64,000 bases of DNA, from positions 162,688,001 through 162,752,000 of the forward strand of contig OX597816.1 in assembly GCA_951406725.2 (NCBI GenBank), in the 5' to 3' direction. Position numbers and translations under genes: made by a program. This document shows positions 13,539-25,742 of the stretch, one piece after another; position 1 is the stretch's first letter; every line of letters starts with the position of its first letter. Under the pieces are notes generated by a model that ran no database searches, was not told the DNA's origin, and saw nothing but the letters and a program-made list of their open reading frames with translations. Source of the DNA: Octopus vulgaris. Lineage: Eukaryota.

Positions 13539-14048
13539 CCGTAAATCCTCGAGTATAGTTCGTCCTTGAGTATAATACGCAGGGGATTTTTAGGGGGCTG
13601 TACCTCTGAAAAACCTAAACCTTGTGTATAATACGCACCCCTTCTCTAACTTGAGTGAAGGAGGTCTATATAACGTCCTTGGTTTGTAAAACTGTATACG
13701 GTAACGTCCTTTATTATTATTGTATATATAACATAATGCAAACGTGTAGCTTTTTGTGCATTTTGTTTGCACAAAATGAAGAAATAACAGTAATAGCGTT
13801 TAATAAATGTTGCTTACTGCAAGTTATGGATGATTCTTTTATGACTTCATTGCTTTCAGGTTTAGATTAAGGTATTTTCGTGCCCGACATCACAAAATGC
13901 GTCTGAAGAAACATTGCCAGACAGCAAATAGAGACTCGGACATTGCTTAGAAAATAATTTTCATTTTTAACCTCGTATATAGTACGCACTAGGGATTTTA
14001 ACCTATAAATTTGGGGAAAAAATGCGGATTATACAAGAGGATTTACGG
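13539..14048. mobile_element. Tc1/mariner-superfamily (pogo/Tc2-like) MITE, 510 bp
   Basis: TIRs CCGTAAATCCTCGAGTATAGTTCG / CGGATTATACAAGAGGATTTACGG; TA TSD on both sides; subterminal CT(C/T)G.GTATA.TACGCA-like repeats. Confidence 0.9.
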
Positions 14049-14453
14049 TAGTTTCTGATATTCTTTCCTCATCTTTTCTCACAATTATCTCTTCGGCCTT
14101 AGTTTTGTATTTGTTGTCTTCCTTGAAGGCAAAAAATGGTTCTGATTTATTTTAATCATATTTATAGAGCAATTATTACTGAGTTTGACGTCATTCTTTG
14201 CGAGATACTTTTGCAGGCCTGTAAAAGATATTTTCTAATAGCATTCTTGTTACATAAGTGGTAAATATATTTTGAAGTATATATAATCTCTGTCTTTTAT
14301 GGATTTTGGGGTGGAGCACAATGCTCCCAATCTTACACTCGTTATACTCTTTCTAATTCACTTAACAACCACTTGAGAATGTTATTATAACAGTAACTTT
14401 ATTGTTATCATTGCCATTATTATTATTATAATTATTATTATTATTATTCTTTT

Positions 14454-14850
14454 ACTCGCGGTCGTAAGAACGCAGTTTCGATTCCCAGGCCGGGCATTGT
14501 GGTGAACCCCGCTGTACTCTTTCACCACAACTTTCTCTCAATCTTTCTTCCTACTTCTGCCACAAAGCAGAGGAACCATGGTGTAACCCACTATGGTGTG
14601 GTAAACTTTCAGACCCTAGTCTAGATTGCGAATCCTCTGTACCCCAGGATGGTTCAGCTCTCCACCCGTTAAAGGCCACCATTTACGGAATGAGGATAAC
14701 AACGTAGCTTTCGCGCCCGTGCAACCGCCAGTCTATCAGGTGTGGTGGGTGGATCTTCAAGTTGGCACACGCATTCTTAGTAGCTTAGAGCAGGCTCGAA
14801 TTAGAGATTATTCTTTGTGGCTAATGGTGTGAGTCCTGCTTGGAAGAAGA
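14454..14850 (+). mobile_element. SINE family C head with tail type 4, ending in a (GAG/GAA)n tract
   Basis: actcgcggtcgt..gtttcgattccc..ctgtactctttcaccacaactttctctca followed by ~290 nt not seen in other copies. Confidence 0.7.
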
Positions 14851-14919
14851 AGGAGGAGGAGGAAGAGGAGGAGGAAGAGGAGGAGGAAGGGGAGGAGAAG
14901 CCGACATTTAGAACATATA

Positions 14920-15380
<461 letters not shown>

Positions 15381-15751
15381 ACACCAGCTTCAACGGGTGT
15401 ATCTGGTGGACGTGGGGCGTTTTTCCATTTTACCCTGCTCATAAGTTGCTAAACGAGTCTCCATTACGATGAATGATGAGCGCACAAAGCTGCAAGGGTG
15501 CTCACCCTCGACCTAGCCAGCGGTTTTTCAACTGTGTGTGGACGGGAACTGTAAACGGTTTCCGTTTTTTAATATCTATTTAAATCATGTCTTGTACTAA
15601 TTATTGTACTTTTATGTAATAGCTTATTCAATGCAAATACTGCAAGTTTTAAAGAGCTTGTTATTCAAAACCGGTTCTGTTTTGTTGTTTTTTTAATTGC
15701 GTAAAGTATTTCAGTCTTCGTCTTTTTATTTTACATTATTTTACATCGTTC

Positions 15752-16139
15752 AGGCGGCGAGCTGGCAGATACGTTAGCACACCGGGCGAAATGTGTAGCC
15801 GTATTTCGTCTGCCGCTACGTTCTGAGTTCAAATTCCGCCGAGGTCGACTTTGCCTTTTATCCTTTCGGGGTCGATTAAATAAGTACCAGTTACACACTG
15901 GGGTCGATGTAATCGACTTAATCCGTTTGTCTGTCCTCTCTGTGTTTAGCCCCTTGTGGGTAGTAAAGAAATAGGTATTTCGTCTGCCGCTACGTTCTGA
16001 GTTCAAATTCAGCTGAGGTCCACTTTGCCTTTCATCCTTTTGGGGTCGATGAATTAAGTACCAGTTGCGTACTGGGGTCGATATAATCGACTGGCCCCCT
16101 CCCCCAAAATTTCGGGCCTTGTACCTAGAGTAGGAAAGA
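15752..16139 (+). mobile_element. SINE family B (tRNA-derived), dimeric
   Basis: GGCGGCGAGCTGGCAGA (A box), GAGTTCAAATTCC (B box), central GGTCGACTTTGCCTTT.ATCCTTTCGGGGTCGATTAAATAAGTACC; second unit starts ~15975. Confidence 0.9.
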
Positions 16140-16274
16140 TTATTATTATACGTACATGGGCCAAAGCCAAATATCATCTTGGTCCTGGCACGAGTAAGTT
16201 CACCAAATAATTGCAGTATGAAAAGGGTTCGAACGTCTGTTCATACAGCATTGTCCGTCGCGCAGGTTAACAAG

Positions 16275-18404
16275 GAATGCGTTCGGATTTTTGCGAGAGA
16301 ATGCGTTCGGATTTTTGCGAGAGAATGCGTTCGGATTTTTGCGAGAGAATGCGTTCGGATTTTAGCGAGAGAATGCGTTCGGATTTTTGCGAGAGAATGC
16401 GTTCGGATTTTAGCGAGAGAATGCGTTCGGATTTTTGCGAGAGAATGCGTTCGGATTTTAGCGAGAGAATGCGTTCGGATTTTTGCGAGAGAATGCGTTC
16501 GGATTTTAGCGAGAGAATGCGTTCGGATTTTTGCGAGAGAATGCGTTCGGATTTTAGCGAGAGAATGCGTTCGGATTTTTGCGAGAGAATGCGTTCGGAT
16601 TTTTGCGAGAGAATGCGTTCGGATTTTAGCGAGAGAATGCGTTCGGATTTTTGCGAGAGAATGCGTTCGGATTTTTGCGAGAGAATGCGTTCGGATTTTT
16701 GCGAGAGAATGCGTTCGGATTTTAGCGAGAGAATGCGTTCGGATTTTAGCGAGAGAATGCGTTCGGATTTTAGCGAGAGAATGCGTTCGGATTTTAGCGA
16801 GAGAATGCGTTCGGATTTTTGCGAGAGAATGCGTTCGGATTTTTGCGAGAGAATGCGTTCGGATTTTAGCGAGAGAATGCGTTCGGATTTTTGCGAGAGA
16901 ATGCGTTCGGATTTTTGCGAGAGAATGCGTTCGGATTTTTGCGAGAGAATGCGTTCGGATTTTAGCGAGAGAATGCGTTCGGATTTTAGCGAGAGAATGC
17001 GTTCGGATTTTAGCGAGAGAATGCATTCGGATTTTTGCGAGAGAATGCGTTCGGATTTTAGCGAGAGAATGCGTTCGGATTTTAGCGAGAGAATGCGTTC
17101 GGATTTTTGCGAGAGAATGCGTTCGGATTTTAGCGAGAGAATGCGTTCGGATTTTAGCGAGAGAATGCGTTCGGATTTTAGCGAGAGAATGCGTTCGATT
17201 TTAGCGAGAGAATGCGTTCGGATTTTAGCGAGAGAATGCGTTCGGATTTTAGCGAGAGAATGCGTTCGGATTTTAGCGAGAGAATGCGTTCGGATTTTTG
17301 CGAGAGAATGCGTTCGGATTTTTGCGAGAGAATGCGTTCGGATTTTTGCGAGAGAATGCGTTCGGATTTTTGCGAGAGAATGCGTTCGGATTTTAGCGAG
17401 AGAATGCGTTCGGATTTTTGCGAGAGAATGCGTTCGGATTTTTGCGAGAGAATGCGTTCGGATTTTAGCGAGAGAATGCGTTCGGATTTTTGCGAGAGAA
17501 TGCGTTCGGATTTTTGCGAGAGAATGCGTTCGGATTTTAGCGAGAGAATGCGTTCGGATTTTAGCGAGAGAATGCGTTCGGATTTTTGCGAGAGAATGCG
17601 TTCGGATTTTAGCGAGAGAATGCGTTCGGATTTTTGCGAGAGAATGCGTTCGGATTTTAGCGAGAGAATGCGTTCGGATTTTTGCGAGAGAATGCGTTCG
17701 GATTTTTGCGAGAGAATGCGTTCGGATTTTTGCGAGAGAATGCGTTCGGATTTTAGCGAGAGAATGCGTTCGGATTTTTGCGAGAGAATGCGTTCGGATT
17801 TTAGCGAGAGAATGCGTTCGGATTTTAGCGAGAGAATGCGTTCGGATTTTTGCGAGAGAATGCGTTCGGATTTTAGCGAGAGAATGCGTTCGGATTTTTG
17901 CGAGAGAATGCGTTCGGATTTTTGCGAGAGAATGCGTTCGGATTTTAGCGAGAGAATGCGTTCGGATTTTTGCGAGAGAATGCGTTCGGATTTTTGCGAG
18001 AGAATGCGTTCGGATTTTAGCGAGAGAATGCGTTCGGATTTTTGCGAGAGAATGCGTTCGGATTTTTGCGAGAGAATGCGTTCGGATTTTTGCGAGAGAA
18101 TGCGTTCGGATTTTAGCGAGAGAATGCGTTCGGATTTTAGCGAGAGAATGCGTTCGGATTTTTGCGAGAGAATGCGTTCGGATTTTAGCGAGAGAATGCG
18201 TTCGGATTTTAGCGAGAGAATGCGTTCGGATTTTTGCGAGAGAATGCGTTCGGATTTTAGCGAGAGAATGCGTTCGGATTTTTGCGAGAGAATGCGTTCG
18301 GATTTTAGCGAGAGAATGCGTTCGGATTTTTGCGAGAGAATGCGTTCGGATTTTTGCGAGAGAATGCGTTCGGATTTTATCGAGAGAATGCGTTCGGATT
18401 TTAG
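16275..18404. repeat. 24-bp minisatellite GAATGCGTTCGGATTTT(T/A)GCGAGA, 88 full units plus one partial unit
   Basis: read directly; apart from the T/A site I see three variants: G>A near 17025, a 1-bp deletion near 17197 and G>T at 18380. Confidence 0.99.
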
Positions 18405-18721
18405 GTCCGTTAAAAAAAATATATATTGCCGCCTCCATCCAGTGCCGCCTATGCAACCTGCAATACGCCTGCAACTTATACTGGGATAGGTAGGGTGGGA
18501 GCACAAAGGATGCGTGTCCCAGAACCCTAAGCGGGTCCAGGAGGAAACAGCTGTTAACAATTATTAAAATATTTCGTTTAAGAACGAGAAAAAGATGTAA
18601 AAATTTTTTTCAAAAACAGAACGACAAAATCGGTTGTGATTAGATACAATGAGAGTGTAAGAAAAAGAGATGGGAAATACATAAGAAAGCAGTAATGCGT
18701 TTGATATCTAGCACGTAAGTG

Positions 18722-18729
18722 TGACGTCA
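18722..18729. promoter_or_regulatory. full CRE palindrome TGACGTCA in unique sequence
   Basis: exact 8-mer; function not shown. Confidence 0.3.
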
Positions 18730-19040
18730 GACAGACCACCATCACCGATCTGATGGAAAACCCCGTACAACAACAACTCTTCGTTTCACCGCCATCATTA
18801 GTAACGCTAGTAAGTACTTCCATAATCTCTCTCTATCTCTGTCTCTCGCTTTCTTTCCATTTCTCTCTCAGTACTGGCATCGACTGTTACAGTAGCAGAA
18901 GCGGGCAGAGATTCAAAAACAGTCTTGCTTTTAGAAACACACGTAAAACCTATCGCTGTTATGAACAGCAATGCCAATAGTATTGACGACTGGGTTTGGT
19001 GTGTGTATGTTAGTGTATGTGTATGTTTGAGTGTGTGTGT

Positions 19041-19620
19041 GCTTGTGTGTGTGTGTGTGAGCAGGTAGAACGAATCGTTAGTGCGTTCGACAAAATGCGT
19101 AGCAGCACCATTGCCTCTTTACGTTCTGAGTTCAAATCGCGCCGAGGTCGACTTTGCCTTTTATGTTTTCGGGTACATTAAAATAAATACCAGCTGAGCA
19201 CTGGGGTCGATGTAACCGATTTACCTCCTCCCTGAAAATTTCAGGTCGTTTGCCCATAATAGAAAGAAGGCGGCGAGCTGGCAGAATCGTTAGCACGCTG
19301 GACGAAATGCTTAGTGGTATTTTAGTCTGTCGTTACGTTCTGAGTTCAAATTCCGCCGAGGTCGACTTTGCTTTCATCGTTTCGGGATCGATAAATTAGG
19401 TACCAGTGATAAATTGGAGTCGATGTAATCGACTAGTTCCCTCCCAACACATTTGAGGACTTTTGTTTCCAGTATAAAGGTTTATTTAGGCTCTTTACGT
19501 TCTGAGTTCAAATCCTGCTGAGGTTGACTTTGCCTTTCATAATTTGGAGTTGATAGCATAGTTTCCGTCGAACTCTGTGGTCTACGTAATCGATATACCC
19601 TCCCCTTTAAAACTAGCAAC
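19041..19620 (+). mobile_element. cluster of three SINE family B copies
   Basis: repeated TTACGTTCTGAGTTCAAA...GAGGTCGACTTTGC at ~19120, ~19333 and ~19495. Confidence 0.9.
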
Positions 19621-19627
19621 CGTGAGC

Positions 19628-19777
19628 CAGCTTATTAACCAATCACATGGTTCCTGGTTCAGTCCCACTGCGTGGCATCTTAGTCAAGTGTCTTCTACTA
19701 TAGCCTCGGGCCGACCAAAGCCTTGTGAGTGGATTTGGTAGACGGAAACTGAAAGAAACCCGTCGTATATATGTATG

Positions 19778-19827
<50 letters not shown>

Positions 19828-20036
19828 TGTGTCTGTGATTGTCCTCTTAGCATTGCTTGACAACCGATGCTGGTGTGTTTACGTTGCCGTCAATTAGCGG
19901 TTCGGCAAAAGAGACCGATAGAATAAGTACTGCGCTTACAAAGAATAAATCCCGGGGTCGATTTGCTCGACTAAAAGGCGGTGCTCCTGCATGACCGCAG
20001 TCAAATGACTGAAACAAGTATAAGAGTAAAAGAGTA
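19628..20036 (+). mobile_element. SINE family A, slightly 5' truncated
   Basis: colinear with 3295-3719. Confidence 0.9.
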
Positions 20037-20057
20037 ATCACTATTTGAGCAGTGAAG

Positions 20058-20233
20058 GGCGGTGAGCTGGCAGAATCGTTTGTAGGTGAGATAAAATGCT
20101 TTATATTCAGCGGAGGTCAACTTTGCCTTTTATTATTTCGGGGTCGATTAATTAAGCGCCATTTGATTATTGAGATCGAAGTAATCGACTAGCCCATTCC
20201 CCAAAATTTCAGGCCTTGTACCTATTGTGAGAA
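20058..20233 (+). mobile_element. SINE family B, decayed
   Basis: GGCGGTGAGCTGGCAGAATCG...GGTCAACTTTGCCTTT. Confidence 0.8.
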
Positions 20234-20248
20234 GTGTTACTTGAGCAA

Positions 20249-20512
20249 CGTGGAAGCGCAAAGGCCAACTGGTTAGGGCAGCGGACTCGCGGTCGGAGGA
20301 TAGCGGTTTCGATTCGCAGACACCTAAAGCTCCAGAGGCTCCGGCAGGTGGTAGTGGCGAACACTGCTGTACTCTTTCACCACAACTTTTTCTCACTCTT
20401 TCTTCCGGTTTCTGTTGTACCTATAATTCAAAGGGTCAGCCTTGTCACACTCTGTGTCACGCTGAATCTCGTTAAGGGTAGACGTGTCTGTGGAGTGCTC
20501 AGCCACTTGCAC
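20249..20512 (+). mobile_element. SINE family C, tail type 1, internally deleted
   Basis: GTGGAAGCGCAAAGGCCAACTGGTTAGGGCAGCGGACTCGCGGTCG head. Confidence 0.85.
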
Positions 20513-20528
20513 TTTACTTTCAGGAACT

Positions 20529-21030
20529 GTATTTCGTCTGCCGTTACGTTCTGAGTTCAAATTCCACCGAGGTCGACTTTGCCTTTCATCTTTTCAGTGT
20601 CGATAAATTAAGTAGCAGTTACGATTGGGGTCGATGTAATCGACTTAATCCCTTTGTCTGTCCTTGTTTGCCCCCTCTATGTTTAGCCCCTTGTGGGTAA
20701 TAAAGAAATAAGAATCGTTAGCGTGCTGGACGAAATGTTTGCGGTTTTTCACTCGTCGCTACGTTCTGAGTTCAAATTCCGCCGAGGTCGACTTTGCCTT
20801 TCATTCTTTGGGGGTCGATTAAATAAGTACCAATCGAACATTATCCGCAAATTTCAGGACTTGTGCCTATAGTAGGAAGGATTTCGTCCAACTTCAAGTT
20901 GAGTTCAAATTCTGCCGAGGTCGTCATTTCTTATCATCTCTTCAGGGTTGATAAAATAAGTACTCGTGGAATATAATCGACGAATTCCTTCCCACGTAAA
21001 GTGCTGGCCTTGTGTCGAAATTTGAAACCG
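20529..21030 (+). mobile_element. cluster of three partial SINE family B copies
   Basis: GAGTTCAAATTC..CCGAGGTCG at ~20553, ~20768 and ~20901. Confidence 0.85.
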
Positions 21031-21383
21031 ATTATTTGTCTGACACTTCTGCGATGCACTTTCGTAATTGCTTTTGTTTCATTGGGATAAGGTTTATCTT
21101 CCCATCATCTTCATCAAGTGGCACTTGAAATAAAGGGCCTGCGTGAAAGGAACGGTTGGTGGGAGTGGCAAAAGGGTTTCGGTAAGGACGTTGATGCTTC
21201 ATATTCACTGGGGACGGGGCGCAGGGAACAGGTGCCCGCAGCAGGTGGTGGTGAAGGGGTTTGGGTGTCTTCTACACTCCATAAGTTCATATCACCCAAT
21301 TTGAAAGAATTAATATCTTCACCATGTTTTTATGTAATTCTCTATTTTGTGTTCTTTCTTTTCTCTCTTTCTCTCACACACAT

Positions 21384-21415
<32 letters not shown>

Positions 21416-21462
21416 GCACACAATTTGTCCCTCGCTATAATATTGTGTGTGTGTGTACATAA

Positions 21463-21820
21463 TGTGGAGGCGCAATGACCCAGTGGTAAGGGCAGCGTAC
21501 TCGCGGTCGTAGGAATGCAGTTTCGATTCCCAGTCCATGCGTTGTGAGTGTTTATTGAGCGAAAACACCTATAGCTCTATGAGGACCCGGCAGCGAGTGG
21601 TGGCGAACCCTACTGTACTCTTTCACCACAACCTCCTCTCATTTTTTGTTTCTGTTGTACCTGTATTTCAAAGGGCCAGCCTTGTCACCTTATGTGTCAT
21701 GCTGATTCTACCTGAGAACTACATAAAGGGTACACATGTCTGTGGAGTGCTCAGCCACTTAATTTTACGAGCAGGCTGTTCCGCTGACCGGATCAACTGG
21801 TACCCTCGACGGAGTGCCAC
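21463..21820 (+). mobile_element. SINE family C (tRNA-derived), tail type 1
   Basis: TGTGGAGGCGCAATGACCCAGTGG (A box), GTTTCGATTCCC (B box). Confidence 0.9.
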
Positions 21821-21821
21821 G

Positions 21822-21903
<82 letters not shown>

Positions 21904-23096
21904 AAGGTGGTATCGCTGAAACCAGTTAAAAAGTAAAAGAATATAATATATATATATATATAATCTACATATGCATATATACTTATATATACATATATAT
22001 ATAATCTACATATGCATATATACTTATATATACATATATATATATATGTATACATATATATATTTATATACATATATATACACACTCATGTACTCATAAG
22101 TAAATATATATCCATAAATATATATATATATATATATAATATATATATGTATATATGTGTGTGTGTAATATACATACGCACATATATATACTTATGTATG
22201 TATACATATATGTACGTGTTTATATATACACACAGTCGTATCTAAGTAGGTAAATATACATACACAAATACATATGTATGTGTGTGTATGTGTGTGTGTG
22301 TGTGTGTGTTTCAAACATAGTCTCACACACACACGTCAAGAGAAAGCGAAATCATGACAAAGCAAATAAAAATCAAGAGAAAGAAAAATGAAAAATAAGT
22401 TTAAAGGCACAAAAATCAAAGAAATATAATGAACAAGTAAAAAAACAAAAATGGAAATAGAACGAAATAAAATAACACAAATAAAACATAATTAAAAATG
22501 AAAATCAAAGAAACGAACATATTAAACGAACGATTTTTTTTTTGCACAAATACCAAAATATAAATAAAAAAAAGTATAAAAGGAATATTGACGAAGCGAT
22601 TGTCAATTAATCATGATTAGATGAAAATTTCTCGTGTGTGTGTGTCTGTGTTTGTCGCTATATGTATGTGTCTATATGTGTATCTATTCGTCTATGTATA
22701 TATATGTGTCTGTGTGTGTCTGTAGGTCTCGGTATATATAAATGTGTTTGTGTGTAGGGATGTTCGTTTTGTTGTGTTCGGTTTGTCATTCTGTCTTTTG
22801 AAAAGATAAAACATAATTTTTACAAGCGAGTTTATAATTAGATATTCAGCAAAAACGTTGGAATTGTACCCGTTACAAATGAAGAAATATTCAACGAGAG
22901 TCATTAGACTCTCATTTTCTTCATAGTATCCTGCGTACTGCTAAAATAACGTTTTACTAAACAATACATTGCTTACTTCTCTGGAAAACATTTTTCTCAC
23001 GATAGCGTGATTATTTTCCACAATAGTGTCTTGCACACCTCAACTCGCTTACTGTCAAATGAATGTCTTTTAAGCAATGTCTTCTTTACTGCTAAT

Positions 23097-23480
23097 GGAA
23101 GCATTCCGTCGGTTACGACGACGAGGGTTCCGGTTGATCCGAATCAACGGAACAGCCTGCTCGTGAAATTAACGTGTAAGTGGCTGAGCACTCCACAGAC
23201 ACGTGTACCCTTAACGTAGTTCTCGGGGATATTCAGCGTGACACAGAGAGTGACAAGGCCGGCCCTTTGAAATACATGTACAACAGAAACAGGAAGTTAA
23301 GAGTGAGAGAAAGTTGTGGTGAAAGAGTACAGCAGGGATCGCCACCACCCCCTGCCGGAGCCTCGTGGAGCTTTAGGCGTTTTCGCTCAATAAACACTCA
23401 CAACGCCCGGTCTGGGAATCGAAACCGCGATCCTATGACCGCGAGTCCGCTGCCCTAACCACTGGGCCATTGTGCCTCCA
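23097..23480 (-). mobile_element. SINE family C, full length, tail type 1, with TSD
   Basis: 13-bp TSD ctttactgctaat at 23084-23096 and 23481-23493. Confidence 0.95.
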
Positions 23481-23612
23481 CTTTACTGCTAATATAACAT
23501 CTTTCATTAGATAAGTCGCTTACTTCTTTCCAAACTAACGTTTTTCACGTGATGTTTTTGCTTACTTCTAAAATAACGTCTGTCTCAAGACAGCTTGCAT
23601 TTTTTTGTAAAA

Positions 23613-23894
23613 CTAGCAGTATCGCCCGGCGTTGCTCGGATTTGTTTCGACCCTTTAGAATTGGAATTTTTGAAAAGTAATAATTTCACATTATGTAGCT
23701 CTTTAAGTGAACATTTTTCTGGTTGAAATACATCGAAAAATGGCGACACAGCAGTCAAAAATCGTAAAAAAAAATAGATTTTCATAGAAAAAAAAGCACC
23801 TTTTTGATGTAAATAGTTTTTGGTCTTAACATGGTCCAATTTGAATTTTATCTTCTACAGAATGAAGAGCTAGCCTTCTTCTATCATACTCTCA
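23613..23894 (-). mobile_element. Helitron-like 3' terminal fragment
   Basis: minus strand ends CCGAGCAACGCCGGGCGATACTGCTAG: GC hairpin about 10 nt before a CTAG terminus. Confidence 0.75.
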
Positions 23895-24076
23895 TGCTTA
23901 CTTCTAAAATAACGTCTGTCTCACGACAGCTTGCATGTTTTGTAAAATAACGTCTTCCGCGTAATTTTACAAATTTTCTTATTATAAAATCACGCCTTTC
24001 TCGCGAAAGCTTGTTTATTTCTAAAGTAACATCTTACCAAATTTATGCCTTTTTAAACAACAGTTTGCGTCTAAAA

Positions 24077-24381
24077 CAGTGGTTCCCCAAATTTTTCGGG
24101 CTGCCTCCCCCTTGACACCCGGGCCACATTTTTACCACCCCACCCCAACTATCACAAAAATGGGCTTGTTTCTATAGCAAATTTAAATTTACTGTATTTC
24201 AAAAATAAAACTTCACCTAATGAACCCATTATCTTGTTTTTACATGAATTGCCACCCCATCAACCCCACCCCCAATTTTTACATGAATCACTACCCTATA
24301 ATCGCCCCACTTTTCTTCAACGTCCCCTTGGAACTTTCCACCGCCTCAGGGGAGCAATACTGCCCACTTTGAGAACCACTG
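24077..24381. mobile_element. hAT (Charlie-type) MITE
   Basis: TIRs CAGTGGTTCCCCAAA / TTTGAGAACCACTG; 8-bp TSD gtctaaaa / gtcaaaaa. Confidence 0.9.
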
Positions 24382-24682
24382 GTCAAAAAATAACGTATTT
24401 CTTGTCACACTTTGCTTGCTTGTAAAATAATGCTTTTCTCTCGATAACTTTCTTCGGCAAAAACACTGTCTTTATAAGCGATAAATTTTGTCCATTCTAT
24501 AAAGCGTCTCCCGTGATAATTTCTTTACATTGAAAATAACGTCCTTCTCGAGTTAATCTGTATACTTTTATCAATTAGAAGTATTTAAAAATAACTTGCT
24601 CACTTTTAAAACAACGTATTTTTTTATAACAAATTTCTTACTTCTACAATAATATCTTTATTACGATGACTATATTTCTTCT

Positions 24683-24939
24683 GTGGAGGAATCGCGGATT
24701 CAAATCTCAGACCGGGCGATGTGTGCACTTATAAGCGAAACACCTAAGCTCCACGCGGCTCCGGCAGAAGGTAATGGCGAATTTCTGCTGACTCTTTCGC
24801 CACAACTTTCTCTCACTCTTTTCTCTTGCAGCTCCCCTGCGACGGCCCGGCGTCTCGTCCAGGTGGGGAACCTATACGCCAAGGAAACCGGGTAACCGGC
24901 CCTAAGAGCCAGGCGTGGCTCGAGAAGGGACAAACAACA
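24683..24939 (+). mobile_element. SINE family C head with tail type 3 (V-domain-like)
   Basis: 11-bp TSD atatttcttct at 24672-24682 and 24940-24950; tail CCTGCGACGGCCCGGCGTCTCGTCCAGG...GGAAACCGGG. Confidence 0.85.
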
Positions 24940-25360
24940 ATATTTCTTCTAAAGTAAGCCATCTGGAAATTACGTGAACTTATTGCTAAAATAACATGCT
25001 ATTTTTACAATAACTTGCTTACTTATAAAATGGCGTTTATTTCTCACGATAACTTCTATAATAACGTGGTTTTCACGATAATTTGTTTATTAATAAACCT
25101 TTATCTCTTTCTATGATTTCTTGATTATTGAAATAAATGGCTTACTCACGGTAATTTGCTTCCCCAAAATGTGGTTTTGAGAAAGCTGCTTAATTATAAA
25201 ATTAAGTTTGTCTCATGATGATTTACGTTTAAAACAATGTCATCTCACAATAATACATTTCTGAAGTAACGTTTTACTCACGATATTTTACTTCTGAATA
25301 ATCGTTTTTTAACGATAATTCTGTATATCTCTAGTGTATAACCTTTCTTACTATAATTCG

Positions 25361-25604
25361 AAAGAAACCCGTCATATACATAAACGTGTGCGCGTGTTTG
25401 TGAGTGTGTGTGTGTGCGTGTGTGTCCTCACCACCGCTCGGCAGATGGTGTTAGCGTGTTTACGTCCCTGTAACTTAACCGTTCGGCAAAAGACTCCGAT
25501 AGAATAAGTCCTGGGGATCGATGTCTTCCATTAGAATTCTTTAAGGTAGCGCTCAATCATGGCCGCGGTCAGATAACTGAAACGAGTAAAAGAATAAAAG
25601 AATA
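25361..25604 (+). mobile_element. SINE family A, 3' half
   Basis: GTTCGGCAAAAGA..CCGATAGAATAAGT..ATGGCCGCGGTC..(AAAAGAAT)n. Confidence 0.8.
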
Positions 25605-25631
25605 TATAAATATAAATGTATCTATACCTAC

Positions 25632-25742
<111 letters not shown>

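Larger units (their letters stand above)
22915..25355. repeat. ancient degenerate ~37-38-bp tandem repeat (approx. AAAATAACGTCTTTCTCACGATAACTTGCTTACTTCT), interrupted by four insertions
   Basis: recurring aaaataacgt / ctcacgata / gcttacttct motifs at roughly 37-nt spacing. Confidence 0.7.

Noticed and set aside
16275-18404. CRISPR array or heat-shock element array
   Set aside because: No unique spacers and no cas genes; the GAA-N4-TTC spacing does not fit nGAAnnTTCn
16179-18560. Long ORFs of 261-745 aa on both strands
   Set aside because: They are translations of a 24-bp tandem unit that is stop-free in five frames; a 1-bp deletion shifts the frame mid-array and there is no domain or gene context
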